Source: Malacoraja senta (Eukaryota). Taken from it: 64,000 nt of DNA. The first letter of the stretch is position 1; each line of letters begins with the position of its first letter. Shown piece by piece: positions 1 through 13,300 of the stretch. The DNA lies in the NCBI GenBank assembly GCA_038087875.1, contig JAXLNO010000051.1, positions 682,001-746,000 of the forward strand. Direction: 5' to 3'. The notes under the pieces are model-generated. The model did no database searches, was not told the origin of the DNA, and saw nothing but the letters and a program-made list of their open reading frames with translations. The position numbers were made by a program, and so were the translations under genes.

Positions 1-3000
1 GAAAAGCGACAAAATTTCAGGACGTGAAAAGTGACGAAATTTCAGCATTATCAAAGCTACGAAAATTCACCATGCGAAAAGCGACGAAAATTCAGCACGA
101 GAAAATGGCGAAAATTCAGCACGCGAAAAGCGATGAAAATTCAGCATGCGAAAAGCGACAAACCTTCAAGGTGCGAAAAGCGATGAAAATGAAGCACACA
201 AATAGCGACGAAAAACAGCAAGCAAAAAGCAACAAAAAGTCAGCACGCGAAAAGCGACGTAATATCAGGATGAATAAGGCGACGAAATTTCAGCATGCGA
301 AAAGCGACGAAAATTCAGCATGCAAAAAGCGACAAAAATTCAGCACGTGAAAAGCGCCGTAATATCAGGACGAATAAACTGACGAAATATCAGGATGTGA
401 AAGGCGATGACATTTCAGGACATGAAAGGCGACGAAATTTCAGCACGCGAAAAGTGACGAAAATTAAGCCTGTGAGAAGCGACGAAAATTCAGCCTGTGA
501 AAAGCGATGAAAATTCAGCACATGAAAAGTGACGAACCTTCAGGACGCGAAAAGCGATGATAATTCAGCACTTGAACAATGACCAAAATTCAGAATGCGA
601 AAAGAGACGAACATTCAGCATGCGAAAAGCAAAGAAATTACAGGACGCAGAAAGCGACGAAATTTCAGAACATGAAAAGTGACGAAATTTCAACACACGA
701 AAAGCGACGAAAAGTCAGCACGCGAAAAGTAACGAACCTTCAGGACGCGAAAGGCGACGAAAATTTAAAATGTCAAACGCGACGTAAATTCAAGATGCGA
801 AATGCGACAAAAGTTCAGGATGCATGAAGCGACAACATTTCAGGAGAATAAAAGCCACAAAACTTCGGCACACGAAAAGTGATGAACCTTCACGACGTGA
901 AAAGCGACGGAAATTCAGCACGCGAAAAGCGTCAAAATTTCAGCACGAGAAAAGCGACGTAATATCAAGACAAATAAATTGACGAAATATCAGGATGTGA
1001 AAGGCGATGACATTTCAGGACATGAAAGGCGACGAAATTTCAGCACGCAAAAAGCGACGAAAATTCAGCCTGTGAAAAGCGATGAAAATTCAGCACATGA
1101 AAAGTGACGAACCTTCAGGACGCGAAAAGCGATGATAATTCAGCACTTGAACAATGACCAAAATTCAGAATGCGAAAAGAGACGAACATTCAGCATGCGA
1201 AAAGCAACGAAATTACAGGACGCAGAAAGCGACGAAATTTCAGAACATGAAAAGCGACGAAATTTCAACACACGAAAAGCGACGAAAATTCAGCACGCGA
1301 AAAGTGACGAACCTTCAGGACGCGAAAGGCGACGAAAATTAAAAATGTCAAACGCGACGTAAATTCAAGATGCGAAATGCGTGACACGACAAAATTTCAG
1401 GAGACTAAAAGCCACAAAATTTCGGCACACGAAAAGCGATGAAATTTCAGGACGTGAAAAGCGACGAAATTTCAGCATAATAAAAGCGACGAAAATACAC
1501 CATGCGAAAAGCGACGAAAATTTTGCACGAGAAAAGTGGCGAAATTTCAGGACGTGAAAAGCGACAAAATTTCTGCATAATAAAAGCGACGAATATTCAC
1601 CATGTGAAAAGCGACGAACATTCAGCACGGGAAAAGTGACGATCCTTCAGGACATGAAAAGCGACGAAATATCAGCACACGAAAAGCGACAAAAATTCAG
1701 CACACAAAAAGTGATGAAATTTCAGGACGTAAAAGCGACGAAATTTCAGCATACTGAAAGCGACCAAAATTCAGCATGTAAAAAGCGACAAAAAATCAGC
1801 ACACGAAAAGCGAAGTAATATCAGGACAAATAAGGTGACGGAAATTCAGCACGCGAAAAGCGACGATCCTTCAGGGCGTGAAAAGCGACGATCCTTCAGG
1901 ACGTGAAAAGTGACGAAAATTCAGCACGCCAAAAGTGACGGAATTTCAGGAAGTGAAAAGCGACGAAATATCAGCACGCGAAAAGCACTGACATTTCAGC
2001 ACACAAAAAGCGACTAAAATTCGGCATGTGAAACGCGACGAAATTACAGGACGCATAAAGAGACGAAATTTCAGAACATGAAAAGTGATGACATTTCAAC
2101 ACACGAAAAATGCCGAAATTTCAGTACACAAAATGCGACGAAAATTCAGCATGCGGAAAGCGACAAAACATCTGGACGCATAAAGCGACGAAATTTCAGA
2201 ACGTGAAAAGCGTCAAAATTTCAGAACGTGAAAAGCGGCGAAATTTCAACACACGAAAAGCGACGAAAATTCAGCATACGAAAAGCGACGAAAATTCAGC
2301 ACGCGAAAATAGAGGAACCTTCAGGACGTCTTTAATCCAACTAAAATTCTGCACACATAAAGTGACAGAAATTCTGCATGCATAAAGAGACGAAATTTCA
2401 GAACACGAAAAGTGATGACATTTCAACACACGAAAAATGCCGAAATTTCAGTACACAAAAAGCAACAAAAATTCAGGACGCGAAATGCGATGAAACATCA
2501 GGACGCATAAAGCGACTAAATTTCAGGATGTGAAAAGCAACGAAATTTCAGTAAACGAAAAGCGACGAAAATACAGCCTGCCAAAAGCGATGAAAATTCA
2601 TTACGTGAAAAGCGATGAAAATTCAGCACGCGAAAAGCATCAAAAATTCAGCACGAGAAAAGCGACGTAATATCAAGACAAATAAACTGACGAAATATCA
2701 GGATGTGAAAGGCGATGACATTTCAGGACATGAAAGGCGACGAAATTTCAGCACGCAAAAAGCGACGAAAATTAAGCCTGTGAGAAGCGACGAAAATTCA
2801 GCCTGTGAAAAGCGATGAAAATTCAGCACATGAAAAGTGACGAACCTTCAGGACGCGAAAAGCGATGATAATTCAGCACTTGAACAATGACCAAAATTCA
2901 GAATGCGAAAAGAGACGAACATTCAGCATGCGAAAAGCAACGAAATTACAGGACGCAGAAAGCGACGAAATTTCAGAACATGAAAAGCGACGAAATTTCA

Positions 3001-6000
3001 ACACACGAAAAGCGACGAAAATTCAGCACGCGAAAAGTGACGAACCTTCAGGACGCGAAAGGCGACGAAAATTAAAAATCTCAAACGCGACGTAAATTCA
3101 AGATGCGAAATGCGTGACACGACAAAATTTCAGGAGACTAAAAGACACAAAATTTCGGCACACAAAAAGCGATGAAATTTCAGGACGTGAAAAGCGACGA
3201 AATTTCAGCATAATAAAAGCGACGAAAATACACCATGCGAAAAGCGACGAAAATTTTGCACGAGAAAAGTGGAGAAATTTCAGGACGTGAAAAGCGACGA
3301 AATTTCTGCATAATAAAAGCGACGAATATTCACCATGTGAAAAGCGATGAACATTCAGCACGGGAAAAGTGACGATCCTTCAGGACATGAAAAGCGACGA
3401 AATATCAGCACACGAAAAGCGACAAAAATTCAGCACGCAAAAAGTGATGAAATTTCAGGACGTAAAAGCGACGAAATTTCAGCATACTGAAAGCGACCAA
3501 AATTCAGCATGTAAAAAGCGACAAAAAATCAGCACACGAAAAGCGAAGTAATAACAGGACAAATAAAGTGACGGAAATTCAGCACGCGAAAAGCGACGAT
3601 CCTTCAGGGCGTGAAAAGCGACGATCCTTCAGGACGTGAAAAGCGACAAAAATTCAGCACGCCAAAAGTGACGGAATTTCAGGAAGTGAAAAGCGACGAA
3701 ATATCAGCACGCGAAAAGCACTGACATTTCAGCACACAAAAAGCGACTAAAATTCGGCATGTGAAACGCGACGAAATTACAGGACGCATAAAGAGACGAA
3801 ATTTCAGAACATGAAAAGTGATGACATTTCAACACACGAAAAATGCCGAAATTTCAGTACACAAAATGCGACGAAAATTCAGCATGCGGAAAGCGACGAA
3901 ACATCTGGACGCATAAAGCGACGAAATTTCAGAACGTGAAAAGCGTCAAAATTTCAGAACGTGAAAAGCGGCGAAATTTCAACACACGAAAAGCGACGAA
4001 AATTCAGCATACGAAAAGCGACGAAAATTCAGCACGCGAAAATAGAGGAACCTTCAGGACGTCTTTAATCCAACTAAAATTCTGCACACATAAAGTGACA
4101 GAAATTCTGCATGCATAAAGAGACGAAATTTCAGAACACGAAAAGTGATGACATTTCAACACACGAAAAATGCCGAAATTTCAGTACACAAAAAGCAACA
4201 AAAATTCAGGACGCGAAATGCGATGAAACATCAGGACGCATAAAGCGACTAAATTTCAGGATGTGAAAAGCAACGAAATTTCAGTAAACGAAAAGCGACG
4301 AAAATACAGCCTGCCAAAAGCGATGAAAATTCATTACGTGAAAAGCGATGAAAATTCAGCACGTGAAAATCGATGAAAATTCACCACGCGAAACGTGACG
4401 CAATTTCAGATCATGAAAAGCGCCAAAAATTCAGCACACAAAAAGCGACGAAAATACCGCATGAGAAAAGCGACGAAAATTCAGGACGCATAAAGCCACG
4501 AAATTTCAGAACGAGAAAAGTGACAAAATTTCAGCAAATGAAAAGCGCCAAAAATTCAGCAAGCGAAAAGCGACGAAAATTCTACATGCAAAAAGAGAGG
4601 AATCTTCAGGGCGAGAAAAGCGATGAAAATGAAGCACGCGAAAACCAACGAAAATTCAGCCTGCGAAAAGGGACGAAAATTCAGCACGTGAAAAGCTACA
4701 GACCTTCAGGATGCGAAAAATGACCAAAAAATCAGCATGCGAAAAGTGACAAAAATTCACCACGCAAAAAATGACGAAATTTCAGAATGTGAAAAGCGCC
4801 GAAAATTCAGCAGACGAAAAGCGCCGTAATATCAGGATGAATAAACTGACGAAATATCAGGATGTGAAAGGCGATGACATTTCAGGACATGAAAGGCGAC
4901 GAGATTTCAGCACGCGAAAAGCGATGAAAATTAAACCTGTGAGAAGCGACGAAAATTCAGCCTGTGAAAAGCGATGAACATTCAGCACATGAAAAGTGAC
5001 GAACCTTCAGGACGCGAAAAGCGATGATAATTCAGCACTTGAACAATGACCAAAATTCAGAATGCGAAAAGAGACGAACATTCAGCATGCGAAAAGCAAC
5101 GAAATTACAGGACGCAGAAAGCGACGAAATTTCAGAACATGAAAAGCGACGAAATTTCAACACACGAAAAGCGACGAAAATTCAGCACGCGAAAAGTGAC
5201 GAACCTTCAGGACGCGAAAGGCAAGGAAAATTTAAAATGTCAAACGCGACGTCAATTCAAGATGCGAAATGCGACAAAAGTTTAGGATGCATGAAGCAAC
5301 AAAATTTCAGGAGACTAAAAGCCACAAAATTTCGGCACACGAAAAGTGATGAACCTTCACAACGTGAAAAGCGACGAAAATTCAGCATGCGAAAAGCGTC
5401 GAAAATTCTGCACACGAAAAGCGACGTAATATCAGCATGTGAAAAGCTACAAAAATTCAGCACGCAAAAAGCGACGAAAGTTCAGCATGCAAAAATCGAT
5501 GAAAATTCAGGACGCATCAAGCGACGTAATTTCAGAACGAGAAAAGCGACAAAATATCAGCACACGAAAAGCGCCGAAAATTCAGCAAGCGAAAAGCGAC
5601 AATACTTCAGCACATGAAAAGAGTGGAACCTTCAGGACGCAAAAAGCAATGTAAATGAAGCAAGCAAAAACCAACAAAAAATTCAGCACGTGAAAAGTGA
5701 TGAAAATTCAGCACGCAAAATGCGACAAAAACCTTCAGGATGCGAAAAGTAATGAAAATTCCGCACGTGAAAACAAACGAAAATTCAGCATGCGATAAGC
5801 GACGACAATTTAGCATGCGAAATGCTACGAAAATTCAACATTCGAAGATCGACAACCCTTCAGGACGCAAAAAGCGACGAAAATGAAGCACGCGAAAAAC
5901 GACGAAAATTCAGCATGCGAAAAATGACAACAATTCAGCACACGAAAAGCGACGAAAATTCAGCATGCGAAAAGCGACGAAAATTCTCCACGCGAAAAGT

Positions 6001-9000
6001 GACGAAATTTCAGATCGTGAAAAGCGCCGAAAATTCAGCACACAAAAAGCGACGAAACTTCAGCATGAGAAAAGCGATGAAAATTTTGCACGCAAAAAGA
6101 GAGGGACCTTCAGGGCGCAAAAAGCAATGAAAATGAAGCATGCGAAAACCAACGAAAATTCAGCACACGGAAAGGGACGAAAATTCAGCACGCGAAAAGC
6201 TAGAAACCTTCAGGAAGTGAAAAGTGACGAATAATTCCGCCAGCGAAAACCAATGAAAATTTAGCATGCGAAATGCAACAAAAATTCAGCATGCGAAATG
6301 CGATGAAACAACAGGACGCATAAAGCGACGGAATTTCAGGACGTGAAAAGTGACGAAATTTCAGCACACGAAAAGCGACGAAAATTCAGCATGCGAAAAG
6401 CGATGAAAATTCATGCAAAAAGCGACGAAAATTCATGCAAAAAGCGACGAAAATTCATGCAAAAAGCGACGCGAATATTCAGCACTCGAAAAGTGACGAC
6501 ATTTCAGAACGTGAAAATTCAGCATAAGAAAATCGCTGAAAATTCAGCATGAGGAATGTGATGAAAATTCAGCATGCGAAAAGTGCCGAACCTTCAGGAC
6601 ACGAAAAGCGATGAAAATGAAGCACGCGAAAAGCGACATAAATGAAGGACGTGAAAAGCTACAAAAACTCAGCATGCAAAAAGTGACGAACATTCAGCAC
6701 AAGAAAAGTGACAAAAATTCAGGATGCATAATGCGACGAAATTTCAGGACATGAAAATCAACTAAATTTCAGCACGCGAAAAGCGATGTTAATTCAGGAC
6801 GCGAAATGCGATGAAACATCAGGACGCATACAAATGAACCACATGAAAACCAACAATAATTCAGCATGCGAAAAGCGATGAAAATTCTGCATGCAAAAAG
6901 ACAGGAACCTTCAGGAAGCGAAAAGTTTGGGAAATTCCGCAGACGAAAACCATCAAAAATTCGGCATGCGAAATACAAAGAAAATTCAGAATGCGAAATG
7001 CGCCGAAAATTTAGCATGCAAAAAGCGACAACTTCAGGACGCAAAAAGCGATGAAACATCAGGATGCATAAAGCAACTAAATTTCAGGACGTGAAAAGCA
7101 ACGAAATTTCAGTAAACGAAAAGCGACGAAAATTCAGCCAGCCTAAAGCGATGAAAATTCAGTACGTGAAAAGCGATGAAAATTCATCACGCGAAAATCG
7201 ACGAAAATTCGCCACGCGAAACGTGGCAATTTCAGATCATGAAAAGCGCCAAAAATTCAGCACACAAAAAGCGACGAAAATTCAGCATGAGAAAAGCAAC
7301 GAAAATTCAGGACGCATAAAGCGACGAAATTTCAGAACGAGAAAAGCGACAAAATTTCAGCAAACGAAAAGCGCAAAAAATTCAGCAAGCGAAAAGCGAC
7401 TAAACTTCAGCACGCAAAAAGAGAGGAACCTTCAGGACGCGAAAAGCAATGAAAATGAAGCACGCGAAAACCAACGAAAATTCTGCACGTGAAAAGTGAC
7501 AAAAATTCAGCACGCGAGACGTGACAAACCTTCAGGATGCGAAAAGTATCAAAAATTCAGCACGCGAAAAACAACGAAAATTCAGCATGTGAAAAGTGAC
7601 GAACCTTCAGGACACGAAAAGCAACGAAAATTCTGCACGCGAAAACAAACAAAAATTCAGCAAGCGAATTGCGACGAATATTCAGCATGCGAAAAGAGAG
7701 GAACCTTCAGGACGCGAAAAGCAATGAAAATGAAGCACGCGAAAACCAACGAAAATTCTGCATGCGAAAAGTGACAATAATTCAGCACGCAAGAGGTGAC
7801 AAACCTTCAGGATGCGAAAAGTAACAAAAATTCAGCACGCGAAAAACAACGAAAATTCAGCACGTCAAAAGCGCCGAACCTTCAGGACACGAAAAGCAAT
7901 GAAAATTCTGCACGCGAAAACCAACTAAATTTCAGCTCGCGAAAAAATACGAAAATTCAGCATGTGAAAATCGACGAAAATTCAGCATGCAAAATGCGAC
8001 GAAAATTCAGCATTCGAAAAGCGACAAACCTTCAGGAACGGGACTAGCGATGAAAATGAAGCACGCGAAAAGCGACAAAAATTCAGTATGCTGAAAATGA
8101 CAAAAATTCTGCACACAAAAAGTGACGAAAATTCAGCACATGAAAAGCGACGTAAATTCAGGACGTGAAATGCGCTGAAACATCAGGACAAAAAGCGAAT
8201 AAAGGTGACGGACCTACAGGACGCGAAAAATGATGAAAAGCGATGAAAATTCAGCATGCGAAATGCGACAAAATTTCAGCATTCGAAAAGCGACGAAAAT
8301 TCAGCACATGAAAAGCGATTTAAATTCAGGACGCGAAATGCGATGAAACATCAGGACGCATAAAGCAACGAAATTTCAGGATGTGAAAAGCAACGAAATT
8401 TCAGCAAGAGAAAAGCGACGAAAATTCAACACACGAAAAGCAACGTAAATTCAGGACATGAAATGCGATGAAACATCAGGACGCATAAAGCGACGAAATT
8501 TCAGGACGTGAAAAGCGACTAAATTTCAGCAAGCGAAAAGCAACGAAAATTCTACATGCAAAAAGAGAGGAATCTTCAGGGCGAGAAAAGCGAGGAAAAT
8601 GAAGTACGCGAAAACCAACGAAGATTTAGGATGCGAAAAATGACCAAAAAATCAGCGCGTGTAAAGTGACAAAAATTCACCACGCAAAAAATGATGAAAT
8701 TTCAGAACGTGCGAATAAAGGTGACGGATCTACAGGATGCGAAAAGCGACGAAAAGCGATGAAAATTCAGCACAGGAAAAGCGACGAAAATTCAGCATGC
8801 GAAAAGCTACAAAATCGACGAAATTTCAGAATGAGAAAAGTGACAAAATTTCAGCACACGAAAAGCGCCGAAAATTCAGCAAGAGAAAAGCAACGATATT
8901 TCAGCACATGAAAAGAGAGGAACCTTCAGGACGCGAAAAGCAATGAAAATTTCAGAACGTGCGAATAAAGTTGACGGACCAACAGGACGCGAAAAGCGAC

Positions 9001-10345
9001 GAAAAGCGATGAAAAGTCAGCACAGGATAAGCGACGAAAAATCAGCATGCGAAAAGCTACAAAAATTCAGCACGCGTAAAGCAACGAAGATTCAGCATGC
9101 ATAAATCGATGAAAATTCAGGACGCATAAAGCGACGAAATTTCTGAACGAGAAAAGCGACAAAATTTCAGCACATGAAAAGCGCAGAAAATTCAGCAAGC
9201 GAAAAGCGACGATCCTTCAACACATGAAAAGAGAGTAACCTTCAGGACGCGAAAAGCAATGAAAATGAAGCACGCAAAAACCAAAAAAAATTCAGCACAT
9301 GAAAAGTGACAAAAATTCAGCACGCGAAAGGCGACAAACCTTCAGGATGCGAAAAGTAACGAAAATTCCGCACGCGAAAAGCAACGAAAATTCAGCATGC
9401 GATAAGCGACGAAAATTTAGCATGCGAAATGCTACGAAAATTCACCATTCGAAAATCGACAAACCTTCAGGACGCAAAAAGCGACGAAAATGAAGCACGC
9501 GAAAAGCGATGAAAATTCAGCATGCGAAATGTGACAAAAATTCAGCACACGAAAATGACGAAAATTGACGAAATTTGGGATCGTGAAAAGCAGCGAAAAT
9601 TCAGCACACGAAAAGCGTCGAACCTTCAGGATGCGAAAAGCGATGAAAATTCGGGGCGCTAAAAGTGCCGAAAATTCAGGACATGAAATGTGACAAAAAT
9701 TCAGGACGTGAAATGCAACTAATTTTCAGGGCACAAAAAACTACGAAAATTCAGCACATGAAAAGTGACAAAAATTCAGCACGCAAAAAGAGACGAACTT
9801 TCAGCATGTGAAAAGTGACGAAAATTCAGCACGGAAAAGTGACGACATTCCAGAACGTGAAAAGCGATGAAAATTCAGCACGTGAAAAGCGACGTAAATT
9901 CAGCATACGAAAAGCAACGAAAATTCAGGACGTGAAAAGGGACGAAACACCAGGAGGCATACAGCGACGAAAATTCAGCATGCGAAAAACGACGAAAATT
10001 CAGGGTACAAAAAGCGACAAAAGTCCAGGACGCACGACGCGACAAAATTTCAGGACACGAAAAGTGACAATATTTCGGCATACAAAAAGTGACGAACCTT
10101 GAGGACGTGAAAAGCGACGAAAATTCAGGACGTGAAAAGCAACGCAATTTCAGGACTTGAAAAGCGACGAAATTGCAGCACACAAAAAGCGACGAAATTT
10201 CAGCACACATAAAGCGACGAAAATTCAGCATGTGAAAAGCGATGAAAATTCAGCACGCGAAAAGTGATGAAAATTCAGGACGCGAAAGGCGACGAAAATT
10301 CAAAATGCCAAAGGCAACGTAAATTCAGGGCATGAAAAGCGACAA
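1..10345 (+). repeat. 25-bp tandem satellite, consensus ~GAAAAGCGACGAAAATTCAGCACGC, with higher-order duplications
   Basis: The unit is visible throughout. The K/R-rich ORFs in all frames are translations of the repeat. Near-identical ORFs recur at a 1733-bp offset (1132/2865, 1365/3098, 1636/3369, 2110/3843). Confidence 0.97.
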
Positions 10346-13300
10346 AATAGTGAGATTAAACGAGAACTTACCAGTTTGATCTTTATTTTATGAGGAGTTA
10401 CGATGACGGACTAAGTGAAGAAGACCCTGTCCAGGCGCACACGCGTCAATCTTCAAAGCAGCAGTGTGAAATCACAGATAATAATTACCGAAGCATAATA
10501 GTAAGATAAGTGAGAAAAACATAACTTCTGATCTTTATGAGGGTGGGAGCGGAGGGCACGTAGTCCGTCATCGTAATTCCTCATAAAATAAAGATCAAAC
10601 TTCAAACTGGGAAGTTCTCGTTTAATCTCACTATTTTATTTCGGAGTCACGTGAGTGACTACGTGAAGATTTCAAAGCTCTGTGATTTCATGCCGTAGAT
10701 TCAAATCAGGCGTCTCACAGCATTGATTGACTCTGAATGAGTGAAAACAATCAATAATATATAACCATAACATTGATGCAATCAGTTAATGGTTTATTTA
10801 TCATAACAAAATTTCCCCCCCATTATCGCAGAGGGGAACTTAACACTGAATCGAAAACAGCACCACCAAATACCCCAGGTTCTGCAATCTCTTGATGGTA
10901 ATACTTGTGAAACATCCGTTTACTTGCCCATCCTGCGGCCGCGAGGATATGGTCTATTGGGACGTCCATATCCCTGGCCGCCGATGTTGATGCCGCCCTG
11001 AAGGAATGAGATTTAAATTTGTCAGTATCAATCCCTGCATCAACCAGCACCTGCTTCAGCCACCTTGAGATAGTCTGCACTGACACTTTCTTATGTGTTT
11101 TTTTATGGCTGATAAAGAATACTGATTCTTCACCTCTTAAGTTCCTGGTGGCTTCAATGTAACATCTTAAATGTGGCACTACACATAGTCTTGGGTCCGT
11201 AGGATATGCTGAAAAACCAACTTACACCCCGTGACTCCAGGTCTGCTCTGTTTGAGTAAATCATAGACATAGAATGTAACGGCATCTGCTGGCACTACCA
11301 TCCTATTTATTCGTAATTTCTGCAATGTCTGCACTCTCTGTGCTGAAACTAGTGCCATGAGCATAATGGTAACCTTGGCCAAAGACAGAGCTGAAATTGG
11401 AGTCCATTGACGAAGTAACATCAGCACATCCTTCTCATTCCAGATTTCTGTATACCTGGGTCTAGGAGGCTTGGAATTGAAAATTCCCTTCATAAACCTC
11501 CAGACCAAAGGGTGTGATCCTACAAGATAATGTTCTGACTCCCTCCATAGATATGCAGAGAGGGCACTTCTTGCAGTATTGATAGCACTATGACTTAATT
11601 TCAAATCAAAATAAAGAGTTGACAGAAACTCTAACACATCTGGGATGTTTGCAGTGTGATATGAAATATTCTGCCTTAAGCAAAACACCTCCCATTTTCT
11701 TATGTAAGAAATGTACTGCTTTTGGGTACTATTCCTCCAGGCTGCTGCAATAACACCCACAGTACGCTCTGATAGTCCTCTTCCGAGATATGGCTTCCTT
11801 GGAACCTGCCAATCAACAAACCAATATGATCATGTAAAGGATGCGAATCACCAGTTACAGCGTGCACAACTAGGTTTTCTTGTTTAGGAATAAACATAAG
11901 AGGCTTTGTGATCATTTTTAACACCAGTTGGTACCATGGTTGTGTAGGCCAATCTGGTACCACTAACACTCCTGAAGCAGAGTCCTGCTTGATCTTTTGT
12001 AGACACGTACTAATGAGACAAAATGGAGGAAATGCATACAAAAACATTCCACCCCAATGTAGCGAGAATGCATCCACCGCTGTTGCACCAGGATCTGGTT
12101 CCCATGAAACATATTAGGTAATTGGTTGTTAAGTCTTGATGCAAACAAGTTCATTTCTGGCATCCCAAATTGCGCAACAATTTTATTAAAGTTGTCACGA
12201 TTTAACATCCATTCTGTATTGTCATTGAATTTACGTGACCTGGTGTCTGCGATAATGTTGAATCTACCTGGTAGGTAGATTGCCGAAAGCCAAATGTTTC
12301 TGCTAATACACCAGTTCCAGATAACGTTTACCAATCTATCACAAGAATCTGACTTGATTCCACCCATGTGATTAACATACGCTACAGCCGTAGTGTTGTC
12401 AATCTGAACCTGTACATGCAAGTTTTGCACATTAGAGCAATAACCTTTAAGCCCATAAAATGTACCTAACAGTTCTAGGTAATTGATCCTATGTCCTTGG
12501 AACACATGGTACTACTTCCACATTCCATCTGACTCCACAGCTGGAAATAGTATCAGTAGCTCCTCAGTCTGCAGAATAATAGCAGGTGTTTCAACCAGAA
12601 TTTCCCTGGAAGCATATGAGACACTCCTGATCCACCATTGTATTTCAGTAATAGCTGTTACTGGTAATTGCATGGGTCTATCAAAATGCCCTAAATGTCT
12701 CCTCAACGCTTGTACCTTTGCTCGCTGCAGTTGCTGATAATGCAGTGGACCAAACTGCACAGCTGGAAATGAAGCAATTAGATTGCCAAGCAAGCTTGCC
12801 ACTTGCCTAATTTATGGTTGATGCTGTGTAATGAGCTTGATACAACCCTCAATTAACTGCAGTTTTTTTATCCTTGGGCAAAGTCACTATCATGTGTTCT
12901 GAATTAATAGTGAACCCCAAGTAATCAATTACTGTGCTTGGTGACAATTTGGAATTATCTGGATGTATCACAAACCCCAGCCTCTCAAATGTGAGCTTGA
13001 CTATTGACACCGATGCTTCTGTTGTAGCCCGAGTGCTACCCACAATTAAAATATCATCCAAATAAGCCTTTACCAAATGGCCCTGAGATCTTAGCAAAGC
13101 TAAGATTGGCTTTAACAATTTCGTAAATAGTCTAGGGGCGGAGGTTAACCCATTAGGCAATGCTTTAAACTGCATTAATTGGCTCATTCAGTTAAACTTT
13201 AAGAATCTTCGATCATTATCATGCACAGCCACAGAATAATATGCATCTTGCAGATCTATGCTAGCCATATAGTATTTTCTTGAAATTAGCTGTATAGCAT

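Noticed and set aside
24..10231. Dozens of K/R-rich ORFs resembling basic or protamine-like proteins
   Set aside because: They are translations of the 25-bp satellite in all frames. There are no splice or promoter signals.
1..10345. CRISPR-like array or CENP-B boxes in the satellite
   Set aside because: There are no unique spacers and the context is eukaryotic. TTCG is not followed by the A..CGGG pattern of a CENP-B box.
11700..12077. Adenine-methyltransferase-like 'YAFPPF' motif as a horizontally acquired gene
   Set aside because: It is a known domain of DIRS1 pol ORFs.
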